From: Octopus sinensis
Lineage: Eukaryota
Reading direction: 5' to 3'
NCBI RefSeq assembly: GCF_006345805.1
Contig: NC_043012.1
Location: forward strand, 48,732,001-48,765,000
Length of the DNA: 33,000 bases
Below are positions 32,621 to 33,000 of this stretch, piece after piece. The notes beneath the pieces were generated by a model. The model was given only the letters and a program-made list of their open reading frames with translations, did no database searches and had not been told where the DNA came from. How positions within the stretch are numbered: position 1 is the stretch's first letter; the number at the start of each line of letters is the position of its first letter. The translations under genes and the position numbers were made by a program.

Positions 32621-33000
32621 CCATCGATCTACAGCGTCACATGTGGCCCATGTACTGCAGCTGGTCTTAGTTTATTGTTGAGTATTATTAACTCTGAAGT
32701 CGATGACTTTTCTTTGATTAAAATCGAAGAATTTTGCATAACAGCGATAGCCAAAAGAAAGTTGCATTTCTTTGGCGGAACCGGCCAAAATATTAGTCTC
32801 TGTACAACGTAGTTCAGAAGCGCTCACATCGTCAGTTCTGGTTTCAATTCGCTTTATACTCACGTTGACCACAATGAGCCTATCTGGTGACTAACTTTAT
32901 AGCTTTATATAGGTTAGATATGACTTTGGCAATATTATATTCATAACAGATGTTCAAGAACGTTTTAATTCTTCTGCTGCGGTAAAACAACAACAACAGC

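Overview
Eukaryotic, AT-rich, extremely repeat-dense window with one 100-N gap (27007-27106). The mix of tRNA-headed SINE families and TA/CA/GA/ATC microsatellites looks like an octopod cephalopod (Octopus-like) intron or intergenic region; the taxon is my inference, not database-checked. I cannot support any complete protein-coding gene. Nearly all ORFs in the supplied track are artefacts of microsatellites or SINEs. The only recognisable protein-coding remnants are a decayed LINE AP-endonuclease (~11.9-12.5 kb, +), a split RTE-type LINE 3' end (21.8-23.1 kb, -) and mariner transposase C-termini inside two MITEs. I label SINE families locally as A (tails A1/A2), B, C, D and H. Most notable: (1) SINE-H, a tRNA-headed element carrying a minimal Penelope-type hammerhead ribozyme (22585-22630, -), nested without a TSD inside the RTE remnant and itself interrupted by a SINE-B; (2) a 406-bp GG...CC MITE with an 8-bp TSD and internal telomeric (CCCTAA)4; (3) a 138-bp TGT...ACA MITE with an ATAT TSD; (4) a ~140-bp-arm near-perfect inverted repeat; (5) an ~851-bp tandem duplication with junctions in SINE-internal microsatellites. 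A YY1-type AAGATGGCGGC motif at 5645 may mark a gene start (low confidence). All alignments, folds and translations were done by eye.
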